A DNA stretch of 32,000 nt, from assembly GCA_902551985.1 (NCBI GenBank), contig CACDFI010000001.1, positions 132,376 to 164,375 of the forward strand, given 5' to 3'. This DNA comes from an uncultured Pelagibacteraceae bacterium (lineage in GTDB: Bacteria; Pseudomonadota; Alphaproteobacteria; Pelagibacterales; Pelagibacteraceae). The notes below the pieces were generated by a model. It was not told the origin of the DNA. It did no database searches and was given only the letters and a program-made list of their open reading frames with translations. The translations under genes and the position numbers were made by a program. Positions 1 through 11,750 of the stretch are shown here, in pieces (the stretch's first letter is position 1; the number at the start of each line of letters is the position of its first letter).

Positions 1-2558
1 TAAAAGATTTTTTTGCGACATCTCAACTATCTCAATTTATGGATCAAACAAATCCTTTATCTGAAATTACTCACAAAAGAAGAGTTTCAGCTTTAGGTCC
101 AGGTGGACTTACAAGGGAGAGGGCAGGATTTGAGGTTAGAGATGTACATCCAACTCATTATGGACGTATATGTCCAATCGAAACTCCTGAAGGACCAAAT
201 ATAGGTTTAATAAATAGTCTATCTACATACTCAAAAATTAACAAATATGGATTTATAGAGAGCCCATATAAAAAGGTTGAAAATGGAGTTGTGCAGGACA
301 AAATCGAGTACTTGTCAGCCATGGAAGAAACTAAATTTACAATTGCACAAGCAAATTCGGTTCTTGATAAGAACGGAAAGTTTGTTGAAGAGTTAGTATC
401 TAGTAGAGCAAATTTAGATTTTATTTTATCTAAACCAGAAAATATAGATTATATAGATGTTTCACCAAAACAATTAGTATCTGTTGCAGCATCATTAATT
501 CCATTTTTAGAAAATGATGATGCAAACAGAGCATTAATGGGATCAAATATGATGAGACAAGCAGTTCCTTTACTAAAACCGGAAGCACCACTTGTTGGTA
601 CAGGAATAGAAAGTGATGTTGCTTTAGACTCAGGTGTTACAATTGTTGCTAAAAGAGATGGTTCTGTTGATAAAATTGACGGAAAACGAATAGTAATTAA
701 AGCTTCCAATGAAAAGGATTATTCACAATCAGGAGTAGATATCTATAATTTACAAAAATTTAAGAGATCAAATCAAAATACATGTATAAATCAGAAACCT
801 TTAGTAAGAGTTGGAGATAAAGTAAAAGCTGGAGATATTATAGCAGATGGACCATCAACTAAAACTGGAGAATTGGCGCTAGGAAAAAATGTTACTGTAG
901 CATTCATGCCTTGGCAAGGATACAACTTTGAAGATTCAATTTTAATATCTGAAAGATGTGTAACCGATGATGTATTTACATCAATTCACATAGAGGAGTA
1001 TGAGGTGATGGCAAGAGATACAAAATTAGGAGAGGAAGATATTACTAGAGATATTCCAAATATTAATGAAGAGTCTTTAAAAAATTTGGATGAATCAGGC
1101 ATTGTCTATATTGGAGCCGAGGTTAAGCCTGGAGATATATTAGTTGGAAAAGTAACTCCAAAAGGAGATTCTGCTTCAGGACCTGAAGAAAAACTCTTAA
1201 GATCAATTTTTGGTGAGAAGGCCATTGATGTAACCGATACATCTTTAAAAATGCCAAGTGGGAGTGGTGGAATAGTTGTAGATGTAAGAGTATTTAATAG
1301 ACATGGAATAGAAAAAGACGAAAGATCGATTACAATTGAGAGAGCTGAAATAGAAAGTGTTCAACAAGATAAAAATGTTGAGGAAGAAATTTTAGAGAGA
1401 AGCATCAAGCAAAGAGCCTCATCCATACTAACAAATACTAAAATATTAAAAAAAATAAAATCATATGATGTTGGTGTTAGTTTAACAGAAACTATTATTT
1501 TTGATTTATCTGTTTCAGACTTATTTAAGATATCTATAGACGATGATAAAAAAATAGCTGCCTTACATCAGTTAAAATCTCAGTATGAAAATGCTAAAAA
1601 AGATATACAGGAGAGATTTGAGGATAAGGTTTTAAAAATTAGACAAGGCGATGACCTATTGCCAAGTGTTATGAAAATGGTAAAAGTTTTTGTTGCAATA
1701 AAAAGAAGATTGAGACCTGGCGATAAGATGTCTGGAAGACATGGTAATAAAGGTGTTGTAAGTAAAATAGTACCTGTTGAAGATATGCCTTATAGAGAGA
1801 ATGGAAAGCCTGTTGATATTGTTTTAAATCCATTGGGTGTACCTAGTAGGATGAATGTAGGCCAAATTTTGGAAACGCATCTTGGATGGTCATGTAAAGA
1901 ATTAGGTGAACAATTAAATAATTTAATAATTGAAAATAACAAAAAAATTGAAAAAGTTGATAAAATTACAAAATTTCTAAAATCGGTCTATGGTGATGAA
2001 GTTTATTCTAATGATATCGAGACTCTTACAAGCACAGAATTCAAAGACTTGTGTGAAAACATTCAAAATGGTGTTCCGATATCAACACCAGTATTTGATG
2101 GAGCAAAAGAAAAAGATGTTACCAATATGTTAGACTTGGCAAAATTGCCAAATTCAGGACAAGCTACATTATGGGATGGAAGAACAGGGGAAAAATTTGA
2201 TAGACCTGTAACCGTGGGTATTATTTATATGCTTAAACTCCATCACTTAGTTGAAGACAAGATCCATGCAAGATCTACAGGTCCTTACAGTCTAGTAACA
2301 CAGCAGCCTTTGGGAGGTAAAGCCCAGTTAGGAGGTCAAAGATTTGGTGAAATGGAGGTGTGGGCATTAGAGGCATATGGGGCATCTTACACACTTCAGG
2401 AAATTTTGACTGTTAAATCAGATGATGTTGCAGGAAGAGTAAAAGTTTATGAGACAATTGTGAAGGGCGAAGAAAATTTTGAATCAGGAATACCTGAGTC
2501 ATTTAATGTTTTAGTAAAAGAAATAAAATCATTAGCACTAAACGTGGAGCTTAACTAA
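1..2558 (+). CDS. rpoB: DNA-directed RNA polymerase subunit beta (C-terminal ~851 aa; 5' end lies upstream of the window)
   Basis: The frame is open from nt 3 ([12 protein letters not shown] precedes the first ATG at 39), so that ATG is internal. Diagnostic RpoB motifs: Rif cluster [46 protein letters not shown] and C-terminal [18 protein letters not shown]. Confidence 0.98.
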   Translation, partial: KDFFATSQLSQFMDQTNPLSEITHKRRVSALGPGGLTRERAGFEVRDVHPTHYGRICPIETPEGPNIGLINSLSTYSKINKYGFIESPYKKVENGVVQDKIEYLSAMEETKFTIAQANSVLDKNGKFVEELVSSRANLDFILSKPENIDYIDVSPKQLVSVAASLIPFLENDDANRALMGSNMMRQAVPLLKPEAPLVGTGIESDVALDSGVTIVAKRDGSVDKIDGKRIVIKASNEKDYSQSGVDIYNLQKFKRSNQNTCINQKPLVRVGDKVKAGDIIADGPSTKTGELALGKNVTVAFMPWQGYNFEDSILISERCVTDDVFTSIHIEEYEVMARDTKLGEEDITRDIPNINEESLKNLDESGIVYIGAEVKPGDILVGKVTPKGDSASGPEEKLLRSIFGEKAIDVTDTSLKMPSGSGGIVVDVRVFNRHGIEKDERSITIERAEIESVQQDKNVEEEILERSIKQRASSILTNTKILKKIKSYDVGVSLTETIIFDLSVSDLFKISIDDDKKIAALHQLKSQYENAKKDIQERFEDKVLKIRQGDDLLPSVMKMVKVFVAIKRRLRPGDKMSGRHGNKGVVSKIVPVEDMPYRENGKPVDIVLNPLGVPSRMNVGQILETHLGWSCKELGEQLNNLIIENNKKIEKVDKITKFLKSVYGDEVYSNDIETLTSTEFKDLCENIQNGVPISTPVFDGAKEKDVTNMLDLAKLPNSGQATLWDGRTGEKFDRPVTVGIIYMLKLHHLVEDKIHARSTGPYSLVTQQPLGGKAQLGGQRFGEMEVWALEAYGASYTLQEILTVKSDDVAGRVKVYETIVKGEENFESGIPESFNVLVKEIKSLALNVELN

Positions 2559-2559
2559 T

Positions 2560-5500
2560 ATGAGTAAAGAATTATCAGACCTATTTAAATCATCAGAAAT
2601 ATCAGAAGCTCAAAATTTTAATAGTATAAAAATTACTTTAGCAAGTCCTGAAAAAATTAAATCATGGACCTTTGGTGAAATTAAAAAACCAGAAACTATA
2701 AACTATAGAACATTTAGACCTGAGAAAGATGGACTGTTTTGTGCTCGAATATTTGGACCAATTAAAGATTATGAGTGTCTCTGTGGTAAATATAAGAGAA
2801 TGAAATTTAGAGGGATAATTTGTGAAAAATGTGGTGTTGAGGTTACAAAATCAAACGTTAGACGTGAAAGAATGGGTCATATTAATCTTGCAACACCTGT
2901 TGCTCATATATGGTTCTTAAAATCATTACCGAGCAGAATTTCATTAGTTATTGATATGAAACTAAAAGAGGTTGAAAGAGTATTATACTTTGAAAATTTT
3001 ATAGTTATTGAACCGGGTTTAACAGGATTAAAGAAGAACCAATTGCTAGGAGAAGAGGAACTAATTAAGTATCAGGATGATTATGGAGAAGAGGCATTTA
3101 CCGCAGGAATTGGTGCCGAAGCAATATTAGAAATATTAAAATCAATTGATCTAGAAGAAGAGAGAAATATATTAATTAAAAGTATTAAAGAGACAAAATC
3201 TAAAGTATCTGAAGAAAGATCAATTAAAAGATTAAAATTAATAGAGTCTTTCATCGAAACTGGTAACAAGCCAGAATGGATGATTTTAACGACTGTGCCA
3301 GTTATACCTCCTGAACTAAGACCTTTAGTTCCATTAGATGGCGGAAGATTTGCTACATCTGATTTAAATGATTTATATAGAAGAGTAATTAATAGAAATA
3401 ACAGATTAAAAAGATTAATCGATTTAAAAGCTCCTGACATAATAGTTAGGAATGAAAAAAGAATGCTACAAGAGTCCGTTGATGCCTTGTTTGATAATGG
3501 TAGAAGAGGCCGAGTGATAACTGGAACAGGCAAAAGACCTCTAAAATCCTTAGCTGAAATGTTAAAAGGAAAGCAGGGTAGATTTAGACAAAATCTTTTA
3601 GGTAAAAGAGTTGATTATTCTGGAAGATCAGTAATCGTTGTTGGACCAGATTTAAAACTTCACGAGTGTGGGCTTCCAAAAAAAATGGCTTTGGAGCTAT
3701 TTAAACCCTTTTTATACGCACGTTTAAATAAATTGGGCCTGGCTTCAACAATAAAACAAGCAAAAAAATTGGTTGAAAGAGAAAGAAACGAAGTTTGGGA
3801 TGCATTAGAACTCATTGTGAGAGAACATCCGGTTATTTTAAACAGAGCGCCGACACTTCACAGATTAGGAGTTCAAGCTTTTGAACCAAAGCTTATCGAA
3901 GGTAATGCCATTGAACTTCATCCATTAACATGTGCTGCATTTAATGCAGATTTTGATGGTGATCAAATGGCTGTTCACGTACCTTTGAGTTTAGAAGCAC
4001 AGTTAGAAGCCAGAGTTTTGATGATGTCTACAAATAATATTCTAAGTCCATCAAATGGAAAACCAATTATTGTACCAAGTCAAGATATGATACTTGGTAT
4101 TTATTATTTGTCTCAACCACCAGTGCAAACAGAGAGAGTAGAAGGATATTTTGTAAATACATCTGAAATTGAACATGCACTAGAGTCTGGACAAATTAAA
4201 GTTCATTCAAGAATAGTCTCTAGATTTGAAACTATTGATGAAAATGGTAATAAAAAATTCGAAAAACATATTAGCACGGCCGGAAGATTTCTGTTATCAA
4301 ATTTAATTCCTAAAAATTTTAACAATAAATTTTCTTTAGTTGATAGATTGCTTCCTAAAAAAATTGTATCTGAGGTTATAGATCACATTTTTAGATTCTC
4401 TGGTCAAAAAAGTACAGTCATATTTTGCGATAAACTTAAAGATCTTGGATTTAAACACGCATTTAAAGCAGGAATTTCTTTTGGAAAAGATGATTTAGTA
4501 ATACCTGAGAACAAACAGCAACTAATAGATGAAACTAAAAAATTAATCGCAGATTATGAGGGTCAATATGCCGAGGGATTAATAACTAGAGGAGAAAAAT
4601 ATAATAAAGTAATTGATGCTTGGTCAAAATGTACTGATAGAGTTGCTTCTGAGATGATGAAAAGAATTTCAGCTACAGAGATAACAGAAGAGGGTCTGAA
4701 AATAAATTCAGTGTTTATGATGGCAGATAGTGGAGCAAGAGGCTCAGCTGCACAAATGAAACAATTAGCTGGGATGAGGGGCTTAATTGCTAAACCTTCA
4801 GGTGAGATTATCGAGTCTCCTATAACATCAAATTTTAAAGAGGGTTTAACTGCGTTAGAATATTTTAATTCAACACATGGTGCAAGAAAAGGTTTAGCTG
4901 ATACAGCTCTTAAAACCGCAAGCTCTGGATATTTAACAAGAAGACTATGCGATGTTGCACAAGATTTAACAGTCACAAAAGAAAAATGCGATAACCCAGG
5001 ATATATAAAACTAACAGAAGTATTAGAGGGTGGAAATATAATGGTTAGTCTCTCAGAAAGATCTTTGGGGAGAGTTACTGCTACCGATGTAAAAAATCCT
5101 CTATCTGGTGAAGTTATTATTAAAAAAAATCAAATGATTGATGAGGCCGGTTGTGAAAAAATTGATGCTGCTGGCGTAAAGACTTTAAATGTTTATTCTG
5201 TGATGACTTGTAGTTCAAAAGAGGGTGTTTGTGCAAGATGTTATGGAAGAGATCTTTCAAGAGGTAAAATGGTACATGTAGGTGAGGCTATAGGAATGAT
5301 TTCTGCCCAATCTATTGGTGAGCCAGGAACACAACTTACCATGAGAACTTTTCACGTAGGTGGAACCGCTTCTGTTAAACAAGAGTCACAAATTATCTCA
5401 AGTTCTGACGGTATTCTAAAAATTGTGAATACTAATCTTCTAAAAGATTCAAAAAATAATCAAATTGTAATGGGAAGAAATACAGAAATATCTATTGAGG

Positions 5501-6723
5501 ATATTAATGGTTTACAAGTTGCGTCCTATAAGGTTCCTTATGGATCCAAACTATTTTTTGAAAACGAGCAAAAAATTAAAAAGGGCGCTAAGATTTGTGA
5601 ATGGGACCCTTATACAACACCAGTAATAGCCGAAAAAGATGGTATAGCTAACTATGTTGATTTGATAGATGGAGTTTCAATTGCAGAAACAGTAGATGAT
5701 GCAACTGGAATATCCACAAAAGCTGTAGTCGATTGGAAAACTCAATCAAAAAATACTGACCTAAAACCAAGAATAACTTTAAGAGATCAAAAGGGGAATG
5801 TAATCAAAAAAGCTGATGATAATGAAGCAAGATATTATTTAGTTCCAGACTCAATACTTTCAGTTAAAGATGGACAAAAAATTTCTGCTGGAGATGTTAT
5901 TGCAAGATTACCAAAAGAAACCACCAAAACAAAAGATATTACTGGAGGTCTACCAAGAGTAGCTGAATTGTTTGAAGCAAGAAAAGCAAAAGACAGCGCT
6001 ATTATTGCTGAAAACGACGGTAGTGTAATTTTTGGAAAAGAAGTAAGAGGAAAACAAAGAGTTACAATAGAAGCTGAAAATGGCGAAACATCAAGTTACT
6101 TAATTCCAAAAGGTAAACATATAAATTTTAACCAAGGTGAAAAAATCAAAAAAGGAGAATATTTACTCGATGGTCAACCTTTGCCTCATGATATTTTAAG
6201 AATATTAGGTATCGAAGAGCTAACTGAGTACTTTGTTAATCAAGTCCAAGATGTTTATAGATTGCAAGGAGTTATTATTAATGACAAACATATTGAAGTC
6301 ATTTTGAGACAAATGCTTAAAAAAATAGAAGTTAAAGAGTCAGGAGATAGTAAACTGTTGCCTGGAGAAATAATAGATAGAATTAAATTTGAAAATATGA
6401 ATGAGAAATTAAAAGCAGAGGGAAAAAATCCTTCTGTTGGAGAAAGAGTTCTAATGGGAATTACCAAAGCATCATTGCAAACAGAGTCCTTTATATCCGC
6501 AGCATCTTTTCAAGAAACAACAAGAGTTTTAACTGATGCCGCAATTAAAGGCAAAATTGACAGGCTTTCTGGATTAAAAGAGAATGTGATTGTTGGACGA
6601 CTGGTACCAGCAGGAACTGGTGCAATTAAAAATTCTTGGAATAAAAAAGCTATAGAGGATGATCAAAAATTTTTATCTGAGCAAGAGACTGCTGAAACTT
6701 CAGAAGCGCAAATAAACCAGTAA
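2560..6723 (+). CDS. rpoC: DNA-directed RNA polymerase subunit beta'
   Basis: 1387 aa. Zn-binding [23 protein letters not shown] and catalytic [12 protein letters not shown] are present. ATG lies 1 nt after the rpoB stop, with GGAG at 2546-2549. Confidence 0.98.
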   Translation: MSKELSDLFKSSEISEAQNFNSIKITLASPEKIKSWTFGEIKKPETINYRTFRPEKDGLFCARIFGPIKDYECLCGKYKRMKFRGIICEKCGVEVTKSNVRRERMGHINLATPVAHIWFLKSLPSRISLVIDMKLKEVERVLYFENFIVIEPGLTGLKKNQLLGEEELIKYQDDYGEEAFTAGIGAEAILEILKSIDLEEERNILIKSIKETKSKVSEERSIKRLKLIESFIETGNKPEWMILTTVPVIPPELRPLVPLDGGRFATSDLNDLYRRVINRNNRLKRLIDLKAPDIIVRNEKRMLQESVDALFDNGRRGRVITGTGKRPLKSLAEMLKGKQGRFRQNLLGKRVDYSGRSVIVVGPDLKLHECGLPKKMALELFKPFLYARLNKLGLASTIKQAKKLVERERNEVWDALELIVREHPVILNRAPTLHRLGVQAFEPKLIEGNAIELHPLTCAAFNADFDGDQMAVHVPLSLEAQLEARVLMMSTNNILSPSNGKPIIVPSQDMILGIYYLSQPPVQTERVEGYFVNTSEIEHALESGQIKVHSRIVSRFETIDENGNKKFEKHISTAGRFLLSNLIPKNFNNKFSLVDRLLPKKIVSEVIDHIFRFSGQKSTVIFCDKLKDLGFKHAFKAGISFGKDDLVIPENKQQLIDETKKLIADYEGQYAEGLITRGEKYNKVIDAWSKCTDRVASEMMKRISATEITEEGLKINSVFMMADSGARGSAAQMKQLAGMRGLIAKPSGEIIESPITSNFKEGLTALEYFNSTHGARKGLADTALKTASSGYLTRRLCDVAQDLTVTKEKCDNPGYIKLTEVLEGGNIMVSLSERSLGRVTATDVKNPLSGEVIIKKNQMIDEAGCEKIDAAGVKTLNVYSVMTCSSKEGVCARCYGRDLSRGKMVHVGEAIGMISAQSIGEPGTQLTMRTFHVGGTASVKQESQIISSSDGILKIVNTNLLKDSKNNQIVMGRNTEISIEDINGLQVASYKVPYGSKLFFENEQKIKKGAKICEWDPYTTPVIAEKDGIANYVDLIDGVSIAETVDDATGISTKAVVDWKTQSKNTDLKPRITLRDQKGNVIKKADDNEARYYLVPDSILSVKDGQKISAGDVIARLPKETTKTKDITGGLPRVAELFEARKAKDSAIIAENDGSVIFGKEVRGKQRVTIEAENGETSSYLIPKGKHINFNQGEKIKKGEYLLDGQPLPHDILRILGIEELTEYFVNQVQDVYRLQGVIINDKHIEVILRQMLKKIEVKESGDSKLLPGEIIDRIKFENMNEKLKAEGKNPSVGERVLMGITKASLQTESFISAASFQETTRVLTDAAIKGKIDRLSGLKENVIVGRLVPAGTGAIKNSWNKKAIEDDQKFLSEQETAETSEAQINQ

Positions 6724-6752
6724 ATTATAGGCATTTTGTAACTTTATTTAAA

Positions 6753-6780
6753 TTGACAAACTCAATTTCTTATGTATTTT
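6753..6780 (+). promoter_or_regulatory. Candidate sigma70-type promoter for rpsL-rpsG-fusA (TTGACA-N16-TATTTT)
   Basis: TTGACA at 6753-6758, a 16-nt spacer, then TATTTT at 6775-6780, inside the only large noncoding gap of the ribosomal array. AT-rich DNA produces such matches by chance, so this is sequence match only. Confidence 0.35.
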
Positions 6781-6849
6781 GGCGGTGTTTTTGGTTGGAA
6801 TGTAGTGAATAGATCACTAAACGCTGCCATAAATAACATGCCAGTTATT
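6781..6849 (+). promoter_or_regulatory. Candidate structured rpsL 5' leader (two hairpins)
   Basis: GGCGGTG (6781-6787) can pair with CGCTGCC (6822-6828; 7 bp including 2 G-U), enclosing AGTGA-ATAGA-TCACT (6804-6818). A second hairpin is AATAAC-ATGCCA-GTTATT (6832-6849). The segment is locally GC-enriched against AT-rich flanks. Fold found by eye only. Confidence 0.25.
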
Positions 6850-6882
6850 CCTATCCTAAAACATTAAATAAATTAAAAAATT

Positions 6883-7254
6883 ATGCCGACAATTAACCAG
6901 TTAGTAAGAAAAAGTAGGACAAGACCTGTAGCAAGAAACAAAGTTCCGGCCTTGCAGAAGCAACCCCTCAAAAGAGGTGTTTGTGTTAAAGTTTATACAA
7001 CAACTCCAAAAAAACCAAACTCAGCTTTAAGAAAGGTCGCAAGAGTAAGATTGTCAAATGGTTTTGAAGTTACAGCTTATATTCCTGGAGAGGGCCATAA
7101 TTTACAAGAACACTCAGTTGTATTAATTCGAGGTGGAAGAGTTAAAGATTTACCAGGTGTTAGATATCACGTACTTAGGGGTAACCTTGATACACAAGGT
7201 GTTGCTAATAGAAAACAAAGACGTTCTCTTTATGGGACAAAAAAAGGTAAGTAA
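6883..7254 (+). CDS. rpsL: 30S ribosomal protein S12
   Basis: 123 aa. MPTINQL start, [13 protein letters not shown] and [14 protein letters not shown] motifs. Confidence 0.98.
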   Translation: MPTINQLVRKSRTRPVARNKVPALQKQPLKRGVCVKVYTTTPKKPNSALRKVARVRLSNGFEVTAYIPGEGHNLQEHSVVLIRGGRVKDLPGVRYHVLRGNLDTQGVANRKQRRSLYGTKKGK

Positions 7255-7257
7255 TCA

Positions 7258-7728
7258 ATGTCTAGAAAAAGAAAAGCTCCAAAAAAAATACCTGTTATAG
7301 ATCCAAAATTTAAATCCTCAATTATTCCGAAGTTAATTAACTCTATAATGTATGATGGTAAGAAGACAATTGCAGAAAAAATAATTTATGATGCGATTGA
7401 TAAAATTAAAAGCAAGTCAAAAGAGGAACCTTTAAATGTGTTTAATGATGCAATAAATAATATAAGACCGACTGTTGAAGTAAGATCAAGAAGAGTAGGC
7501 GGTGCAACTTATCAAGTTCCAGTTGAGGTAAAATCAAAAAGATCACAAGCACTAGCTCTAAGATGGTTAGTTGACGCTTCTAGAAAAAGAAAAGATAAAA
7601 AAATGTCAGACAAAATATTTAACGAGATATTTGATGCTTATCAAAATAAAGGATCAGCTATCAAAAAAAAAGAGGATACTCATAAAATGGCAGAGTCAAA
7701 CAAAGCTTTTGCTCACTTTAGATGGTAA
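7258..7728 (+). CDS. rpsG: 30S ribosomal protein S7
   Basis: 156 aa. RRVGGATYQVPVEV motif, C-terminal AHFRW, 3 nt after rpsL. Confidence 0.97.
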   Translation: MSRKRKAPKKIPVIDPKFKSSIIPKLINSIMYDGKKTIAEKIIYDAIDKIKSKSKEEPLNVFNDAINNIRPTVEVRSRRVGGATYQVPVEVKSKRSQALALRWLVDASRKRKDKKMSDKIFNEIFDAYQNKGSAIKKKEDTHKMAESNKAFAHFRW

Positions 7729-7734
7729 TAAATT

Positions 7735-9810
7735 ATGTCAAGAACACATACTTTAGATAAATATAGAAATATAGGCATTATGGCCCATATCGATGCAGGC
7801 AAAACCACAACTACAGAACGAATACTCTATTATACTGGAAAAAGTCATAAAATCGGAGAAGTACATGACGGTGCGGCGACTATGGATTGGATGGAGCAAG
7901 AACAAGAAAGAGGTATTACTATTACTTCAGCTGCAACAACTTGTTTTTGGAATGATCACAGAATTAATATTATTGATACACCTGGACATGTGGATTTCAC
8001 AATCGAAGTAGAAAGATCATTAAAGGTACTTGATGGAGCAGTAGCTGTTTTTGATGGAGTGGCTGGAGTAGAACCGCAATCAGAAACAGTATGGAGACAA
8101 GCAGACAAGTATAAAGTGCCAAGAATATGCTTTGTTAATAAGCTGGATAGAACTGGAGCTGATTTTTTTAGGTGTGTTGGAATGATTAAGGATCGTCTTG
8201 GAGCAAAACCTTTAGTAATGCAGATACCTATTGGCATTGAGTCAGAATTAAAAGGTGTTGTGGATTTAATTAAGATGAAAGCAGTTATTTGGAAAAATGA
8301 GGATTTAGGTGCTGCATGGGAACTAACTGATATTCCAGAAGATTTAAAGGAAATTTCCTCAAAGTATCGTCAAGAATTAGTTGAGACTGCGGTTGAACAA
8401 GACGAAAAACTTATGGAGGATTATCTTGGTGGTAAAGATATTTCAGAAGATAATTTAATCAAATGTATCCGTAAAGGGTGCCTGGGGTTTGATTTTGTTC
8501 CAGTTTTAACTGGTTCAGCATTTAAAAATAAAGGTGTTCAACCTCTTTTAGATGCGGTAGTAAATTTTTTACCAAGTCCTGAAGATATAGGCTCAATCAA
8601 AGGAAGTAAGACTGGGTCTGAGGAAGAAATTGAAATGAAGTTTGATGATAAAGCTCCTTTTTCTGCCCTGGCTTTTAAAGTTGCAAATGATCCCTTTGTT
8701 GGGACACTAACTTTTATAAGAATTTATTCAGGTACAGTAAAATCAGGTACAGCTATTCATAATACATCAAAAGACAAAGAAGAGAGAGTTGGTCGAATGC
8801 TTTTGATGCATGCAAACTCAAGAGAAGATATAAAAGAGGCAAATGCAGGTGACATAGTAGCTCTTGCTGGACTTAAGAATACAATCACAGGTCATACTCT
8901 TGCTCATAAAGAGACACCTGTTTTGCTTGAACCAATGGAATTTCCAGATCCTGTTATAGAAATTGCTGTTGAACCTAAAACAAAAGCTGATCAAGAAAAA
9001 ATGGGGGAAGCCCTTGGAAGATTGGCCAAAGAGGATCCTTCATTTAGAGTAACATCAGATGAAGAGTCGGGTCAAACAATTATAAAAGGTATGGGTGAAC
9101 TTCATCTAGATATTATTGTTGATAGAATGAAAAGGGAATTTAAGGTCGAAGCAAACGTTGGAGCTCCACAAGTTGCATATAGAGAAACTATCCTTTCATC
9201 TGCAGAAAATGATTACACACATAAAAAACAAAGTGGTGGAGCAGGACAATTTGCAAGAGTTAAATTGACAGTTGAACCCCTTGAACCTGGCAAAGGAAGA
9301 GAAATTGAAAGTAAAATAAAAGGTGGAGCTATACCAAAAGAATTTATTCCAGGCGTCGAAAAAGGTGTCGAGACTGTTGCTGATGGTGGAATACTTGCAG
9401 GATTTCCTCTTATAGACTACAAAGTTACAATTGTTGATGGTCTTCATCACGATGTGGACTCTAGTGTTCTGGCTTTTGAATTAGCTTCAAGACAGTGTTT
9501 CAAGGAAGCATGCACTAAGGCAACACTTAAATTGTTAGAACCAATAATGAGAGTTGAAGTAGTTACTCCAGAAGATTATATGGGAGACGTAATTGGTGAT
9601 TTAAATAGTAGAAGAGGTCAAATTAGCACTCAAGAGCAAAGAGGTAATGCAACGGTAATCACAGCAATGGTTCCACTAGCAAATATGTTTGGATATATCA
9701 ACAATTTAAGATCTATGTCACAAGGAAGAGCACAATACTCAATGTTTTTTGATCACTATGACAAAGTCCCTCAAAATGTTCAAGATGAAGTAACAAAAAA
9801 AACAGGATAA
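7735..9810 (+). CDS. fusA: Translation elongation factor G
   Basis: 691 aa. G-domain motifs [20 protein letters not shown] and NKLD. Canonical position after rpsG. Confidence 0.98.
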   Translation: MSRTHTLDKYRNIGIMAHIDAGKTTTTERILYYTGKSHKIGEVHDGAATMDWMEQEQERGITITSAATTCFWNDHRINIIDTPGHVDFTIEVERSLKVLDGAVAVFDGVAGVEPQSETVWRQADKYKVPRICFVNKLDRTGADFFRCVGMIKDRLGAKPLVMQIPIGIESELKGVVDLIKMKAVIWKNEDLGAAWELTDIPEDLKEISSKYRQELVETAVEQDEKLMEDYLGGKDISEDNLIKCIRKGCLGFDFVPVLTGSAFKNKGVQPLLDAVVNFLPSPEDIGSIKGSKTGSEEEIEMKFDDKAPFSALAFKVANDPFVGTLTFIRIYSGTVKSGTAIHNTSKDKEERVGRMLLMHANSREDIKEANAGDIVALAGLKNTITGHTLAHKETPVLLEPMEFPDPVIEIAVEPKTKADQEKMGEALGRLAKEDPSFRVTSDEESGQTIIKGMGELHLDIIVDRMKREFKVEANVGAPQVAYRETILSSAENDYTHKKQSGGAGQFARVKLTVEPLEPGKGREIESKIKGGAIPKEFIPGVEKGVETVADGGILAGFPLIDYKVTIVDGLHHDVDSSVLAFELASRQCFKEACTKATLKLLEPIMRVEVVTPEDYMGDVIGDLNSRRGQISTQEQRGNATVITAMVPLANMFGYINNLRSMSQGRAQYSMFFDHYDKVPQNVQDEVTKKTG

Positions 9811-9811
9811 A

Positions 9812-10120
9812 ATGGAAAAGCAAAACATAAGAATAAAACTAAGAGCATACGATAATAAAGTTCTAGACCAGTCGACAGAAGAAATAGTTAACACGGTGAA
9901 GAGAACAGGTGCAAACATTAAAGGACCTATACCACTTCCAACAAAAAAAGAGAGGTACACAGTTCTCAGATCTCCTCATATTGATAAAAAAAGTAGAGAA
10001 CAATTTGAAACGAGAACACATAAAAGATTAATTGATATAATTGAACCTACACCAGCAACAGTTGAGGCTTTAATGAAATTAGACTTAGCGTCAGGAGTTG
10101 ATGTGGAGATTAAAATATAA
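9812..10120 (+). CDS. rpsJ: 30S ribosomal protein S10
   Basis: 102 aa. IRIKLRAYD and [15 protein letters not shown] motifs. Heads the S10 cluster. Confidence 0.97.
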   Translation: MEKQNIRIKLRAYDNKVLDQSTEEIVNTVKRTGANIKGPIPLPTKKERYTVLRSPHIDKKSREQFETRTHKRLIDIIEPTPATVEALMKLDLASGVDVEIKI

Positions 10121-10827
10121 TGAGTGAAATAGGCCTTATTGGAAAAAAAATTGGTATGACTAGAGAATTTTTTAAAACAGGTCAATCTATACCAGTTACT
10201 GTTTTAAAAGTGGAAAAAGGAAGAGTAATACAATTAATTGATAAAGAAAAAAGAGGGTATAAAGCCATACAACTTGGTTTTGGAAGAATTAAGAACTCAA
10301 AACTAACAAAATCTATGAAAGGCTATTTTTCAAAAAAAAATACAGAACCAAGAAAAATTTTAAAAGAATTTAAAGTAAAGGATTTAGACCAATATAAAGA
10401 AGGAAATGAATTTGGGATTGAAATTTTTAAAGACACAAAATTTTTAGATGTTAAGTCAAAGACAATTGGTAAAGGATTTGCAGGAGCAATGAAGAGACAT
10501 AATTTTGGCGGCCTAAGAGCATCTCATGGAGTTTCAATATCCCATAGAGCACATGGTTCTACGGGACAAAATCAAGATCCAGGCAAAGTTTTTAAAGGAA
10601 AAAAAATGGCTGGTCATATGGGAGACAAACTAAGAACAATGCAAAATCTTGAAATTATAAAAACTGATTTAGAAAATGAGTTAATATACTTAAAAGGTTC
10701 AATACCAGGCTCTAAAAATTCTGAGGTTTTTCTTAAAAAGGCGATTAAAAATATAAACAAACTTACAATAGGTGAAAAAATAGAAATATTAGAAAAATCA
10801 AAAAAAACCAAGGATAAAAAAAAATAA
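10120..10827 (+). CDS. rplC: 50S ribosomal protein L3
   Basis: 235 aa. GKKIGMT start region and [13 protein letters not shown] motif. TAATG junction with rpsJ. Confidence 0.96.
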   Translation: MSEIGLIGKKIGMTREFFKTGQSIPVTVLKVEKGRVIQLIDKEKRGYKAIQLGFGRIKNSKLTKSMKGYFSKKNTEPRKILKEFKVKDLDQYKEGNEFGIEIFKDTKFLDVKSKTIGKGFAGAMKRHNFGGLRASHGVSISHRAHGSTGQNQDPGKVFKGKKMAGHMGDKLRTMQNLEIIKTDLENELIYLKGSIPGSKNSEVFLKKAIKNINKLTIGEKIEILEKSKKTKDKKK

Positions 10828-10830
10828 TTC

Positions 10831-11451
10831 ATGAAAATTGAAAAAATGAACATAGATGGAAAAAAAAACACTATTGATGTTTCAGACAAAATAGTTGGAG
10901 CTAAAATAAATGAAAAACTTGTAAGTACTGTATTGTACAAAACAAATGCTAACTACAAAGGAAGAAAAGCAAAAACCAAACAAAAAAATGAAATTATTGG
11001 ATCTACATCTAAAATTTATTCTCAAAAAGGAACAGGAAATGCGAGACATGCAAGTAAAAAGGCTCCAATTTTTGTAGGTGGAGGTGTTGCACATGGACCA
11101 AAAGGAGAGTCAAATTATAAAGTTAGAAAGCTTAATAAAAGTGAAAAAAAACTAAGTATCGCATCATTAATAACAAAGAAAAATAAAATGAAAGACTTAA
11201 TAGTATTAGATGACTTCCAAAAAGAAATATTAAAGACAAAAGAAATGAATAATATTCTTATCAAAATTGAAGCGAAAAACTCTATAATTATAGCTGATAA
11301 AAAATCAAAAAATAATATTTTTAAATCTGTGAGAAATATACCAAATGTCAAAATTACAGACATAAATCATTTTAGTGCATTCGATTTAGCTAAATTTAAA
11401 AAAATAATATTTACGGAAACATCAATAAAAGAATTAGAAAAAAGATATTAA
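10831..11451 (+). CDS. rplD: 50S ribosomal protein L4
   Basis: 206 aa. QKGTGNARHAS and GGGVAHGPK motifs. S10-cluster synteny. Confidence 0.95.
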   Translation: MKIEKMNIDGKKNTIDVSDKIVGAKINEKLVSTVLYKTNANYKGRKAKTKQKNEIIGSTSKIYSQKGTGNARHASKKAPIFVGGGVAHGPKGESNYKVRKLNKSEKKLSIASLITKKNKMKDLIVLDDFQKEILKTKEMNNILIKIEAKNSIIIADKKSKNNIFKSVRNIPNVKITDINHFSAFDLAKFKKIIFTETSIKELEKRY

Positions 11452-11453
11452 AT

Positions 11454-11747
11454 ATGGAAAAGCTACATCTATACGATAAAATTATTTCTCCGCTTGTTAC
11501 TGAAAAGTCAACAAACATATCTGAACAAAATAAAATTATTTTTAAGGTTCATGCTAAAGCTAATAAAAAAAATTTAAAAAATAATATTGAAAAAATATTT
11601 AAAGTTAATGTAACAAAAGTGAATATTATAAATAAAAAAACGAGGTATAAGACAACAAGAGGAAAAAAAGTAAAAGTAAAAGGATTTAAGAAAGCAATAA
11701 TCACTTTAAAAAAAGGTCAAAATATCGATTTGACAACAGGAATTTAA
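11454..11747 (+). CDS. rplW: 50S ribosomal protein L23
   Basis: 97 aa. ISPLVTEKS N-terminal motif. Sits between rplD and rplB. Confidence 0.93.
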   Translation: MEKLHLYDKIISPLVTEKSTNISEQNKIIFKVHAKANKKNLKNNIEKIFKVNVTKVNIINKKTRYKTTRGKKVKVKGFKKAIITLKKGQNIDLTTGI

Positions 11748-11750
11748 AAT

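Noticed and set aside
3-110. RpoB Rif-cluster I differences from E. coli (G507A, S508T, N518T, I530V in E. coli numbering), and the rpsL streptomycin sites
   Set aside because: The major rifampicin-resistance positions D516, H526 and S531 are unchanged. The two S12 lysines associated with streptomycin resistance, in PKKPNS and in RVKDLPG, are unchanged. The changes look like lineage variation rather than resistance alleles.
6724-6752. Intrinsic terminators after rpoC (6724-6752), and likewise after adk (20327-20340) and rplQ (22680-22688)
   Set aside because: No GC-rich stem followed by a T-tract is visible at any of these sites. The 6781-6828 stem is followed by ATAAATAAC, not a U-run.
6781-6828. 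tRNA-like look of GGCGGTG...CGCTGCC (a 7-bp acceptor-like stem followed by TT and a GG-containing segment)
   Set aside because: The paired ends are only 48 nt apart. There is no T-arm (GTTCRANYC), no cloverleaf and no discriminator/CCA context. It is not a tRNA, or at most an unprovable remnant.
7571-8011. Same-strand alternative-frame ORFs 7571-7756 and 7793-8011
   Set aside because: They are embedded in the rpsG 3' end and fusA 5' end, whose own frames carry canonical S7 and EF-G motifs. No independent evidence supports them.
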